Shown: positions 1 to 11,699 of the stretch, one piece after another
Layout: each line of letters starts with the position of its first letter
How positions within the stretch are numbered: the stretch's first letter is position 1
Assembly (NCBI GenBank): GCA_036785375.1
Contig: JAWMAR010000008.1
Coordinates: 9,424,001 to 9,488,000, forward strand
DNA length: 64,000 bases
Source: Leucoraja ocellata
Taxonomy: Eukaryota
Direction of reading: 5' to 3'
The notes under the pieces: generated by a model
Told to the model about the DNA's origin: nothing
Seen by the model: the letters and a program-made list of their open reading frames with translations, nothing else
Database searches by the model: none
Translations under genes and position numbers: made by a program

Positions 1-1665
1 AGTTACAGCAACACATCTGCAGAGTTATGCATTAGTCTGAAAAATCCATTTACTTTGCAATATGAAACCAAATTCACATTCACGAACATTGCTGTATACA
101 GGAAATTACATATCACAGTGAACCTGATAATTGTCATTTTACTATCTTAGTTTAATAATATTACATTGAGAAAATATATTTTAGAAATAATGAATTACTG
201 TGTTCGACCTGTGCTGTGGGTATGTAGACAAACTACTTCATCCCCCCCCACTTTTCATCCTGGAATCAATTTATAAGCATCTCATTCTAAAGAATTCAGA
301 ACTCCAAAAGGGATAGAATGGAAATGGAATTGGAGAGGACATAAACACATTGTTCAGAAGGCCTGATAGAAGAGAAATTAACGTATTGGAGTCTCATATC
401 TAATTATATAATAAATCACAAAGTTGCCAGGGCATCAAGAGTTAATTAGCTTGATTCTTTAATTGCCGCGGTTTTAATTGGCAATCTGTGGCACTCACTG
501 TGGAACCATCATATTCTGTGAGAAAGCAGCAGGGGATTACAGGCGGTGCAGTGTGGGCTCATTACCTAACACTTTCCTTCACGTTGTCCAAGATCACGTA
601 ATTTATTTTAAAAAAAAAACACAATAAGCGCAATTAATTAAACTGGGCTTTTTTTTTGTTGTTGTTGCAATCTTCCCAGAGAGTGTATGCTGAAAAATGC
701 CTGCCAGTTCAACTCATGGCTGGATGGTGCAATCGTCAACTAATGCAAAGCTGCTGCTATAGATTGTACGTGGGATATTACAGCCTCAGCCTACTACTGA
801 GAGCATAAAGGGAGAAAAATTATCACATTAAACCTAAGGTAAAAGATCCTAATAAAAACCAAGAAGACTGTAAACTTAGAATCACCATCGGCAGGAGTTC
901 ACTGAACAACTAACTCATTAGTTACCTCCAATTCATGTGATCAAAGAAACCGCTTAATTGAGCATATTTTTAAGAACACAACTACAATATCCTTTCTTCT
1001 TATCACGAGTATCCTTCCTCAATGCGAGAGGGTATCACAGTCTGGACTGTAATCGGATAAGGATGTCGTGAGCTGTGTTATAGGTAAATAGCAGTCCGCT
1101 AAATACCATGAGATGCCAGAAGGCGTCTAATGCCTCAAATAAAAACATTTTCTCATTTATAAATCCCACCTCGGAGGGGGTAGCTGTGGTGCTGTTGCGT
1201 TGCAGGTAACAACCCCGACATATTTTAAAAAGTTCAAGCTAACGATGCTAAATAATTACAAAAAAAAATGATAGCAGATTAGTGCTTGAGCGTTGCCACC
1301 TGGAGCCACCTGGCAGATTGCTTATGGGTTATGGAGAGCATTGGTAAGATTGGGGTTATTTCACCAACTATTTCACATTGTGGAAAATGCTGGAACTACT
1401 TAGCAGGACAGGCCGCATCTATCATGAAGAGAAACATATTCAACGTTTCATCCGGAGTATTTCCGGCATTTTCTATTTTTGCTTTCGATTTCCAGTATTT
1501 GTAGTCTGGTTTTTCATTTCACGTACGGAAATGATGTCGCAAATTAGGAAAACGGCCAAGGAAATACCTTCTCTCAAATTATTTGAATACATTCCCAGTA
1601 CTATGTTTAAGGTGATTCATTTCTTGGAAACTTTTACGCGGCGCCAATACATGTAGTGCACTCAC

Positions 1666-1910
1666 CCCTGTTCCTCCATCATCTCCTGAAGCTCCATGCA
1701 TTTGAGTTCGACCCTTCTTTTCCGTTCGTGGTCTAGTATTTCCCGGTTGGCCTTTTTTACCACGAGTGGTTCCATTTGCTTGGGGTCCCCTTCGGTGGTG
1801 TATTCCGCGCCACTCTCCTTCCTTTGCGGGGCTGCAGAGAGCATTTGCTGAGCGCAGCCATTTGTACAGCTCTCCCGAGCGGAGGGCAAACCGTCGCCGT
1901 TGTTGTGCAT
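1666..1910 (-). CDS. SRRM3: First coding exon of serine/arginine repetitive matrix protein 3 (cwf21 domain); gene continues to lower coordinates beyond the window
   Basis: The ORF ends ...KKANREILDHERKRRVELKCMELQEMMEEQG, matching the SRRM3 cwf21 signature (SRRM2 has PDILDHERKRRVELRCLELEEMMEEQG). Phase-2 donor CAG GG|GTGAG at 1666/1665. Polypyrimidine plus CAG acceptor(s) at 1938-1959, upstream of the ATG. Confidence 0.9.
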
Positions 1911-1937
1911 GTTGGTGATCGAATTACCAATTCAGTT

Positions 1938-1968
1938 CTGCAAGGGAACTGCAAGGGAAAACACAGAA
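1938..1968 (-). promoter_or_regulatory. Tandemly duplicated 3' splice site (TTCCCTTGCAG x2) of the SRRM3 ATG exon
   Basis: Plus strand has ctgcaagggaa at 1938-1948 and again at 1949-1959; the minus strand reads ...gtgttTTCCCTTGCAG|TTCCCTTGCAG|aactg. Confidence 0.75.
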
Positions 1969-2471
1969 CTTCGGTTCAGCCCACATGCACATAAGTGGCA
2001 GATTAATGGAAGTAGAACTAGAGTACACAGAGGCCCGGTGGATACACTATTTCAAGAGCGTGGAGCCGATTTTATCTTTACTTAAAACATTCCCCCATTT
2101 AAGTGCTATTTCGAACGTCTTGAATTCAGTTGCATCTTCGCCATGTTACCAATTGCGATGCCACCCATAGTTGAAATTTAGTCAGCAACATCCGGTGGAA
2201 ACGTTTTTTACGGCAGGTCCCAGGTTTAAAGATCTGTTACTCCACGGGACGCATAGTGTCTGCAGTTCAGCGATTACACTATTAACACACATTACCCATT
2301 TCAGTGCTGAATTCAGTTACACATTATTCGAAAAAGTATTACCGTCTAAATCCCCAACTCTACGAGCCAAATACCCGGGTGTGCCAAATACAAGTGCATT
2401 CTTTACAGCCACATTAACAAATAATAACAAACATGTGTTAATTTGCGTGCATTAGTATACACCGCCCCAAC

Positions 2472-2943
2472 TTTAAGCAGCCCGGTGCTATAAAATGATC
2501 CGGGCAAATGCCCACTAATCGCATTACCATCCGCGCAAATCCAGCTCGGTTGCCGCTATCCACGATGGTGAGAGCAGGACCCTACCTATTGTGTTGTCTA
2601 CAAAGCCGGAAGCAGGATCGCTCGCCGCGGTGTTATTGTCCAAGGTGCTGAACAGTGAAACCGTCGCCTCGTTGCTGACAGCAGGAGCGAAGCGTGTTGT
2701 GTCGCTAACCGCGGTGCTGAAAGCAGGGGCGCTGCCGCGCTGCTGCTACCCACAGTGCCAAGGCAGCAGCTCGACGCTTATGCTGCTAGCCGCGGTGCTG
2801 AAAATAGGAGTTCCTGTTGGTGTGTTGCTATCCGCGGTGCTGATAAGACTTTAACTACATGCTGCAAGTTTCCCAATAAACTGTAATATCCTGGCCTCAC
2901 CATCCGTGGTGTAGTGGTGCGAGGCGCTGTGCAGGGTGCTGAG
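2472..2943 (-). promoter_or_regulatory. Tandem array of REST/NRSF RE1 (NRSE) motifs in a CpG-rich region
   Basis: Matches to the RE1 reverse consensus GGCGCTGTCCGTGGTGCTGAA at 2632-2652 (15/21), 2701-2721 (17/21), 2782-2802 (16/21), 2824-2844 (16/21), 2923-2943 (17/21) and 2552-2572 (14/21), plus weaker in-phase copies. Confidence 0.85.
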
Positions 2944-3879
2944 ACTGTACTTATATGTGCGAAGCGTTAGCAGCAGTCGACTCGTTGCTCGATATGATCA
3001 ACGTCGAACGCCCCGGCGCTTCTGATGCTTCATTGTTCCCTTCAGAAATCGGTCGCGTCGATTGCCTGTGATAATCAGACGATACAGGCATAACCAAATG
3101 CACTCCTGAAACGCCTCCCGTGTGCCTGTCCGCGGGACGATCAAATATCTATGGCTGCCTCACTGGAGAAAAGCTTACAATGTGGCAGTACAAAAGGGGG
3201 AGTTGCTTAGCCAGCTGTCCCGTGTAACACAATGCGCCGACACTGGCAGCGCCTTGCATATATAAATACACCTCTCTACTCGTCAGCTCACCGAGAGGAA
3301 ATAAGACCCAAATGCTCCCCACAGTATAACGCTAGTTTCAGCCCTGCACTATAATTAGAAACGTGACATTAGCTCCATTCCCCAATCGCTCATCTTGAAT
3401 GATAAAAAAGACAATGACATTTGCAGTTCCCATATGGATCTAAGATTAATTCCGTGCAAAAGTTGGCGGAACGACAATTGATAGCCTATATTTAGATTTA
3501 AGATTAAATACACCACAGCTTGTATTAAATCTCCAATGTACACGGGAATGAAATCGCTTGAGAATAATTTGCCGCCTCAAAAATATGGTCGTGGTTTATG
3601 AAAATAAAAAAAGTATTTTTGACGACTTAAGTCACAAGTGAAAGTCTGTAAATTGATTAGATATTGTTGTCACTACTTTATCTATTCACAAGAACAGAGA
3701 CAACACATTAAAATATAAGTATTTCTGATTCTCAATTCTCCAGCATTTCAGGCGGGAATTAATCAACTGGCTTGCTGCCTTTATAATCACCATAACTATG
3801 ATTCTTATTATCTACAGAAAGTCTTCTTCTAACTTTCTGCCATCCTTCCGGACTGATCTGATATTGTCCATTTCACCGA

Positions 3880-4490
3880 GGGAGTGAAAACTCTACGAGG
3901 ATGGCCGAGTAAACAGAGTTGATTAAATTAACGAGCACCGACAGTCTGCATTTAAGACCAGTCGCTTTCGAATGCAATTTATCTGATTGGTTTGGGTGGA
4001 ATAAGCATTTGAACCCAACCAGTTTCATAATGCTGCTCGAGTCACACACGAGTGCATTAATAACCCGCTCGCTGAAAGCAAGACGCCAAAACAATTGAGC
4101 TCTGCTAACGTCATGGGGAGTGTTGGAGTGGGGGGAGAGAGAGATCTGATATTTTAATCTGAAGGGCTGCAACGACAGCATGACTTCAGGCGTCCATTTC
4201 TTTTTAACCCTTCGTGCTACAGGTTCCTTAAAATCGGATCCTGCTGAAGTGCGGACCTTCAACTTGGAACTTAATTCCGGCCAGAGTGAAAACATAACGC
4301 TTACTTGTACGGGAACAGGCCAATCGAAAATCTTCATTCGCGAACCAGTTTGTTGTGCAGACACTGGACTGCGCTCGTCGCCACAGTTCTTAAACCGCCG
4401 ACACGAGGCATTGAAGGTGCAGCGTTACTTGCAACAGCTCCTTTTACACTTGGCTGCACTCGGTTTTCAACGATGCATTTGCACACCGTT
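3880..4490. promoter_or_regulatory. Second CpG-enriched segment; possible non-coding exon or alternative promoter of SRRM3
   Basis: CpG is elevated relative to the flanks; minus-strand donor-like CAA|GTAAGC at 4305/4304. Confidence 0.3.
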
Positions 4491-6805
4491 TCAGTTTTTT
4501 AAAAATCACTTAACTGTGAATTATTGATAGGAAAGATGGAGGGTGTGACACCTTGCTTCAGAGGAAGGAGATCAAGTATGCACACCAATGGCTCTCATGC
4601 ATATTAGATGTGTCACATCATTAAAAGTTGAAATCGATAGACCTATAACTGAGAATTACATTGTGCTTATCTTCCCTCATAGAACAGGCTGAACTTGAAA
4701 AAAAACATTGATGCAATCCTTTTTCAATCCTCATTCTTTTTCTGTCGAGTTCAGTTGAGAGGTATTATCACCGTACCTCCATTTCTGGCGATGTTCTATT
4801 TCAGGATAACAGTGTAAAGTCCCACTCTTCCCTTTCTGTAACTAAAATGGTAAGCAGCCCACACCCACATATGTCGGTAATAATGCTTTAAAATAAAAAG
4901 CTCCATTGGGGTACTTAACTGCTCACAAATAGTCGAACCATGCAAGTCAATCCATTTTAAGCATGGTCGTGATTTATTTTAGGTATGTGTTGAGGAAACC
5001 AGTATCCATTGCCAGAGTACTTGGATGGAGGTTCAGTACAAGGCTTGTGCACCTTTTGATGGATGCTTTATGCCTATTGTCTTTGGAGCCATCCCCAATT
5101 ATTCACGCAGGAGTAGACATCAGATATCAGCCGAAAACACAGTAAAACATGATGCAATTCTCCCAGAACTGTACTTCATGGTAAATGATATCCTTGTAAT
5201 TACATCCATTCATGGTCTCACCTCTCCCCTATAAATCTACTCCAATAGAGTTTCAACTGGTCTAAAAATTATATTCCATTGTGCTATAGCTTTTGCAACA
5301 TGACTGGCAACCATGAGGTCCATTCTTCTGCAATTCAGTCAACATTCCCTCCATCTGCTTTACACTCTATCTCTGCCTACGTTTGAGGGGGAAGGGCGTG
5401 TTATTTCATCGATTGTCCCTACACCTACTTTCATCGAATTATATCTGTTCTAAAGCTCTCTAAGAATTATTTTACACAGTAGATAATGTATATTTGCCAT
5501 AAACAAATAATACAAACTGCAGAAAGGGGTAATTTTCTATTTCTCACCAATCCCAAACCAGATATGACAAGGGCTACATCAGGGTCTATGTTCACTTTAG
5601 GCTATCCGATAAGGATGGCAAACAATTGACGATCTCACTTAAAGGTCCAACATTTTCCATTAAATGGTGATGAATCTCTGTTACCCATCATGGCTCAAGA
5701 CGAGTCTGACAATTTAAACCTGAATTATTATCTGTATTGTACACTCATATCCACTGTTCATTAGGAAAGGCAACATATTTAGCCATAAAGTGGGGGAACT
5801 AATTGTCCAAAAGATGCAAACCCATTTAAAGTAAAAGAACAAGAAATTGAATCTTGGTAGAACATGTTTAGTTCTTTGTGCTAAAATTGTAAAGTGTCAA
5901 TTTCAAGACACATTAATCTCAACACAATAATTTATAACACCCAGAGGGCAAACATTTCACAGCTCAACTGTTTGAAAGCAAGGGATCAATCTATTTTTAG
6001 AACAATACACATGTTATCTTGGCCCTGGATGACTGGTTCTCAAGATTTTAAAACTCATGGTGTGTTTCAATATTATTCAAATTATGTTGAAACATAGCCA
6101 TGGCGTATAGTCCCAGTTTTGACATTGAAGAATAGCTTTACTAAAGCTGGTTGGTTGCAAAATGGTTGAAATCTAGTGGAGTTTGTGCTCTAACCAGTGG
6201 ACATGGATGTGCTTTTGTCATCTGTCTTAAGATATGATTAATATTAGGAAAGTGACAAATCTTTGGGAATGAACACTCATTGATAACTTTGCTATGTACA
6301 TATTGTACTGTTTGTACATACAATATGTACATATTGCACTGAAAGTTTCAATGGCTTGCAGACAATTTTATTTGTAATTGTTTTGACAAGCATAATACAA
6401 CGAGGAACCTGATGTTCTAACACTGTAGAATAATGTTGTTCTGGTGCTAAACTCCATGTCCATGATAGCTCAGAGAGCTTTAACAAACTATCTATTCCTT
6501 TGAGCATGAGTTCACAACACGAATCTGACAGTTTTGTTTACACTATCTCTACAGTGCAATTTTGTAGGTGTCAAATTACATTTTTGGCATGCTGATTCCA
6601 AAATCTGCATAAGTATTTCAGTGCAGGCTGTGACAAGTAAAATAGGACGAGGTAGACTTTAGACTGTTTATGCTTCACACAACCGGACTTTTTAATTCAA
6701 TAAAATATTTGGAAATTCAGAATTGGTAACTTTTGATTGGCATCAATAAAAACTAGATTAAAGCATTTGTAAGGTAGGCTATTATCCAGGCAAACGTAAT
6801 TAATT

Positions 6806-7074
6806 TTTTTTAGTTTAAAGATACAGCATGGAACAGGGTCTTCGGTCCACTGAGTCCATACTGATCATCGATCACCCGCTCACACAAATTCTCTGTTACT
6901 ACACTTTTGCATCCATTCCATACACTCTAATGAGGAAACTGGAGCACTTGGAGGAAACTCACGCGGTCACTGGAAGAACATGCAAATTCCACACAGACAG
7001 CAGACAAAGTCAGGATTGAATTTGAATCTTTAGCACTATGAGGCAGCAGCTCTTCCAGCTGTGCCATTGTGCCC
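6806..7074 (-). mobile_element. HE1-like (V-SINE) tRNA-derived SINE
   Basis: Minus-strand tRNA-like head (GGCACAATGGCACAGCTGG...ATTCAATCC), central V-domain-like segment (plus: gaggaaactggagcac...gcaaattccacacagac) and HER1-like tail. Confidence 0.75.
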
Positions 7075-7714
7075 ATTTCTGTTTATGCTGCTTATGAAGG
7101 ATAGCTGGTCCATTAAATAAATTAAAATCCGCAGATATAGTTGTAGAAGAAGAAAAGTTTCTAAACAAGTGTACAGGCACTCTATATCGACTTGTATCGG
7201 ACTAATCTTTGAGTGATTAATATTGACATTTGGTTAGAAATATTTTCATTCCAAGCACTGAGAACTCCAAAGTTGCTAAGCATTAAATTAAAAATTATAA
7301 AATGTTTTAATTGCTAATTACTAATGTAAGGTGTCTTATAAGTGGTTGTTCTCCTTAATTATTAGTGTGGTGTTTATAGGGTTAAAAATAACCATCCCAG
7401 AATAACAAAAATAGAAAGCGTTTTCAATTTGAACAAATATAAAATGACGATTAATTTAGAAAACTTTACGGAAAAGCTGAAATAAAAACAAAATTTACAG
7501 AGGGGAGGGGGAGCTCTCCTAAACAAAACTTACTGGAAAATTGCAGCATTCATGCAGAGTGAAATGAGTAACATTTCTTCATCAGACCCCCATCATCAGA
7601 ACTGATTGATGTAACATATTAAATGGAAAGGATTTCTACTTTCAATGCTTTAGCCATCTATAGATTATAATAGTAAACGCATCTATGGTGACCTTCTATC
7701 TTTTGTATTTTGCA

Positions 7715-7990
7715 TACTGGAGTGCACAGCTTTATGGCGAGATGGGCTAAGTTTAAAGGAGATGTGCAGGGCAACTTTATCTACACAGATCGCCTGGAAC
7801 ACTCTGCCGATGGTTGTGGTAGAAGCAGATATGATAGTGACATTTAAGGGACTTTTGGATAGATATTAGGACATGTAGGGACTGGAGGGATATGGAATAT
7901 GTGCAGGTAGATAAGGGATGGTCTTGGCACAGACATTGTGAGCCAAGAGGCCTGTTCTTGTGCAGTAATGTTGTATATTGTATGTTCTAT
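7715..7990 (+). mobile_element. CR1/HER1 LINE 3' end, decayed
   Basis: aagtttaaaggagatgtgcagggcaac...cctggaacactctgcc...ggcctgttcttgtgc...tatgttctat; homologous to the other CR1 tails in the window. Confidence 0.7.
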
Positions 7991-8110
7991 CATCACTAGT
8001 ACGATAACAATATTAATTGTAATATGACCATAGAGATGGGATATTATCATTATCCAGGGTTGTGGTACTTCATTCCCCAAACCCATACACCATCCCCCTA
8101 AGTAGTCATC

Positions 8111-9740
8111 TATATGAATGAATGAATAAGTTTATTGGCCAAGTATGTACACATACAAGGAATTTGCCTTGGTGCTCCACTTGCAAGTAGCAACACAACA
8201 TACAGCAACAATTAAGAATGACATATAAAACATTAAACATTAATAATAAAACATTACAGTTTAAACATGTGAATGAAATAAAATACCAGAGCAAAATGAG
8301 GCTACAGACTTATGGTTATTGAGTAGAGCTACTACTCGTGGAAAAAAAGTTGTTTTTTTTGTCTGGCTGCAGCCAACAACCTTCTCAGCTGATCGGACGA
8401 TTCGCTGCAGCCTCCGGATGTCATGCTTAGTGGCTGAGTCAAACCAGACCATGATGGAGAAGGTGAGGACAGACTACGATGGCAGTATAGAATTGGACCA
8501 TCATTGCCTGTGGCAGATTGTGTTTCCTCATCTGCTGCAGGAAGTACATCCTCTGTTGAGCCTATTTGACCACGGAGTCGATGGTGGCCCCCCACTTAAG
8601 GTCCTTGGAGAGGATGCTTCCAAGGAACTTAAAATACACAATACACAATACAATTTATTGGTCACTTGAACCTCATAGAGGCTCAAATGAAATGTTGTTA
8701 CTGCAATCATACACACAAGAAAAAAAGACCCAAGACACAACACAATTTACACAGACATCCATCACAGCGCATCTCCTCCTCGCTGTGATGGAAGGCAAAA
8801 AAACTTATCTCTCCCCTGCATTCCCCATTCCCCTCCCGATGTCAGTCAAAGCCCCCGGTGGGCGATGTCAATTGTCCCGCGGCCATTAACGCCGCGCCGG
8901 GTGATGCAAGGCCCTGCTCCGGGTCTTGTTGTTGGAGCCCCCGGCGGGCGCTAGCAAAGTCCCGCAGCCATTGAAGCCGCGCCAGGCGGTGATGTAAGGC
9001 TCCGCTCCAGGTCATCCTCGACCCCGTGACTGGAGCGGGTGAAGTCGCCATTGCGGAAGCCCCGTAAAGCGGTCTCCCAGCAGGGACCCGCGGGCTCCCG
9101 GTGTCACTGTCCACCGGACCTGCGGTAAGCCTCCGAATTCCCGGGGATTCGGTAAAAGACTGCAAAGATGTGACTGTGGTGTTGTTGATGGTGAGTGGGG
9201 GGAGGGGAGGGGGAACTCTCCTAAAGTCTACATTCAATTCCACTGTTTTTGAGCATGGAGCTCCAGGTTGTTACGAAGGCACCAGGAAACCAGCTGTGTC
9301 ACTTCCTGTCTGGAGGCAGATTCCTCTCCATCCACGGGATCAGTCCAATCAGGGTTTTGTCATCCGCGAACTTGAGAAGCTTGACAGAGATGTCTGTGGA
9401 GGTGCAATCGTTGGTGTAGAAAGAGTAAAGGAGAGGAGAGAGTACACAGCCTTGCGGTGCTCCTATGCTGAGGGTCTGTGGGTCTGAGGTGTTTTCCCAG
9501 TCTCCCATGCTGCTTCCTGTCTGTCAGGAAGCTGGTTATCCACTGACAGAGGGGTTCAGGCACATTCAACTTGGAGAATTTGTAGTAGCTCTGGCACAAT
9601 GCTGTTGAATGAAGAGCGAAAATCAACAAACAAAATCCTTGCATAGGTCCCCTGGCAGTCTAGGTGCTGGAGGATGAAGTGCAGGCCTAGGTTGACTGCG
9701 TCATCCACTGATCTATTGGCCCAGTATGCAAACTGCAGAG
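8111..9740 (-). mobile_element. Rex1/Babar LINE, 5'-truncated and frameshifted, interrupted by an insertion at 8635-9152
   Basis: RT motifs in the ORF track: WITSFLTDRKQ, GAPQGCVLSPLLYSFYTNDC, KFADD; C-terminal RRLQRIVRSAEK; AATAAA plus (CATT)n tail near 8111-8135. Confidence 0.85.
8635..9152 (-). mobile_element. GC-rich 518-bp retroposed element nested in the Rex1/Babar LINE
   Basis: Flanked by TAAAA at 8630-8634 and 9153-9157; removing it restores the host frame (SLQSF|KFLG). AATAAA plus (TTGTGTA)-type tail on the minus strand; two ~86-bp internal tandem units. Confidence 0.7.
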
Positions 9741-11699
9741 TACATCACTGTACTTTTCCACTTTTCTGCTACGAAAAAAAACAATGTCTCTGTAGCCAGT
9801 CATAACCCATATTAAACGTTCTGATGTTTGCAGCAGAGTAGGAAATCAATTTGCATATACCCCAAGTTTTCCTTCAAATTTCTCCAGCAATAAAACTAAT
9901 CTCCTTTCATCGTATTTTTGAGGGAAGTGATGGAGTAAAACATACAATATTATTGCTTAGGAAACACTATGTTCCTCCATGCCAGAATACATTTCTGGAA
10001 GTGGTTACATAATATTTACATAGTATGCTGACCATGTTAATCTCATATCTCAGTACAGCTTCCTTAGCACAGTGAGTTGATTAGTTAAACCACACAATGC
10101 CACTTGTGTGACATCGACTAGGTGAGGACATGCTATGGCTGTTTCTTCCCAAATTGCAACCTGTCAGTGATGTTCGCACCACTGTACCCTTAAACTGTCA
10201 AACATGACAGTCACCCAAATGTTCACCAGCTGGTAGACATCTTTTAATGTATGGTTTAGAGTAATGATAGGTTTGAGTATTATTATCTCCAATGGTATTC
10301 CTCGTCTCACAAAGCATTACCGTTCATTTAATTTGTGTGCGCTATTCTACTCAAATGATATCTTCATATCCGATTAGGTTGGTTAAATAAATTTGCACCA
10401 CGAATATATTTTATCAACATGCACCTGCAGTCACTGTAATCTTTAAAGTTTAGAACATCTTGCACTCAGAGATACATGTGGTGTGTGGTCCTTTCAGGCA
10501 TACCCCTCATGATCAAAGTAGGGAGAGGTGGGAAACCATAAAAGTCAAAGGACTAAAAACAAAACTCAAAGCCAGAAGATTGGGCAGCGTTTTCAGTCTG
10601 AACCAACGTTTGGAGGTTGCAATAGACAAGGATGTTGATGATCTGTGAAGTTCTCAGGGAATGTCTGGACAAATATAAGAAAGAAATATTTAAGAATGAA
10701 AATTGATGATGAAAGAGTGTATCTCCAGTACCGTTTAATCACAGGATGAATTAGTCTGGCATGAGATAAGGGACAAAACCACAACGTAATATTCTCCCAG
10801 CTTCATCAGAGGCAGTGATTTATTGGTAAATTAGCTTACTTTAATATGATTCAAAGTTCCAGAGGTCTAATCACTTGCAAGCAACATGACTGGCCATCTA
10901 GTTTTAGTGAAATCAGAAACAATGGATCCTCTCAAAGACAAGGAAAGAGCTGGCTGTTACTTCAGTACTGAGAGATAACTAGAAAGACTGTGTGTCTAGA
11001 CTTGGTCATGAAATCCCACGTGAAGTGTAAGGTCATTGTATGAATTGTCAGAACAACCAATTCCATATTTCTTTGTGCCTGCTTGGCTCAGTACCAACAA
11101 CAAGTGGTGAAGTGGAAGGTAGAGGTGATAGTTTAGCAGCTGCAGTGGGACACAGATAAACAAAATGGGTCAGAACCAAACTGGGATATCAATGTGGCAC
11201 TGTCTCATTTGAGGGAACAAACGTAGCAGGAGGGAAATGGATACTGGGTGCAACTCCCAATGGAACTCTGGACCAATGTGAAACCAATACTCAGAAATGA
11301 GAACACCTTAGTTTCTTGTTTCATAGATAACTGGGTACTACCAATCACCTTCTGTCTTGACACATAAGTGCTTATACTTTGTCTAGAAGATTAACAGTTT
11401 GAGTAATGCTAAGTATACATTTCGTCATTTGTCGCTGGTGAAAGTGTGAATTTGGCACAACACCAGTATTGTTCATCAGAGCGATATTTCTAATTAAAGC
11501 CAAAGTCAATCTTTAAATCATACAGTTATCATTCCATTGTCAGTGAAAGCGATATTCTTGTAGAAAAATGAAGATCAAAGTAAAATTAAGTCTGAGTGTT
11601 CCATGTAAAATGGAATATGTTAGCTTCCAAACTTGCTGAACTGATGATATATCAAAGGGTAAGAGAGTGATGGGACTCCATTAACACTGCAGGTGTATA

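Noticed and set aside
1-1660. Search for the next SRRM3 exon (YSEEEIRQKV-like)
   Set aside because: Not found on the minus strand by eye; presumably outside the window.
2591-2854. 87-aa plus-strand ORF with repeated AAVL(K/L) words
   Set aside because: The repeats are the translation of the RE1 tandem array (GCGGTGCTG); GTG start and no protein family resemblance.
2472-2943. CRISPR-like repeat/spacer appearance
   Set aside because: Eukaryotic context, degenerate repeats, spacers related to each other, and no cas genes.
3873-4527. Overlapping 163-aa and 115-aa ORFs
   Set aside because: No recognisable homology; expected by chance in a GC-richer segment.
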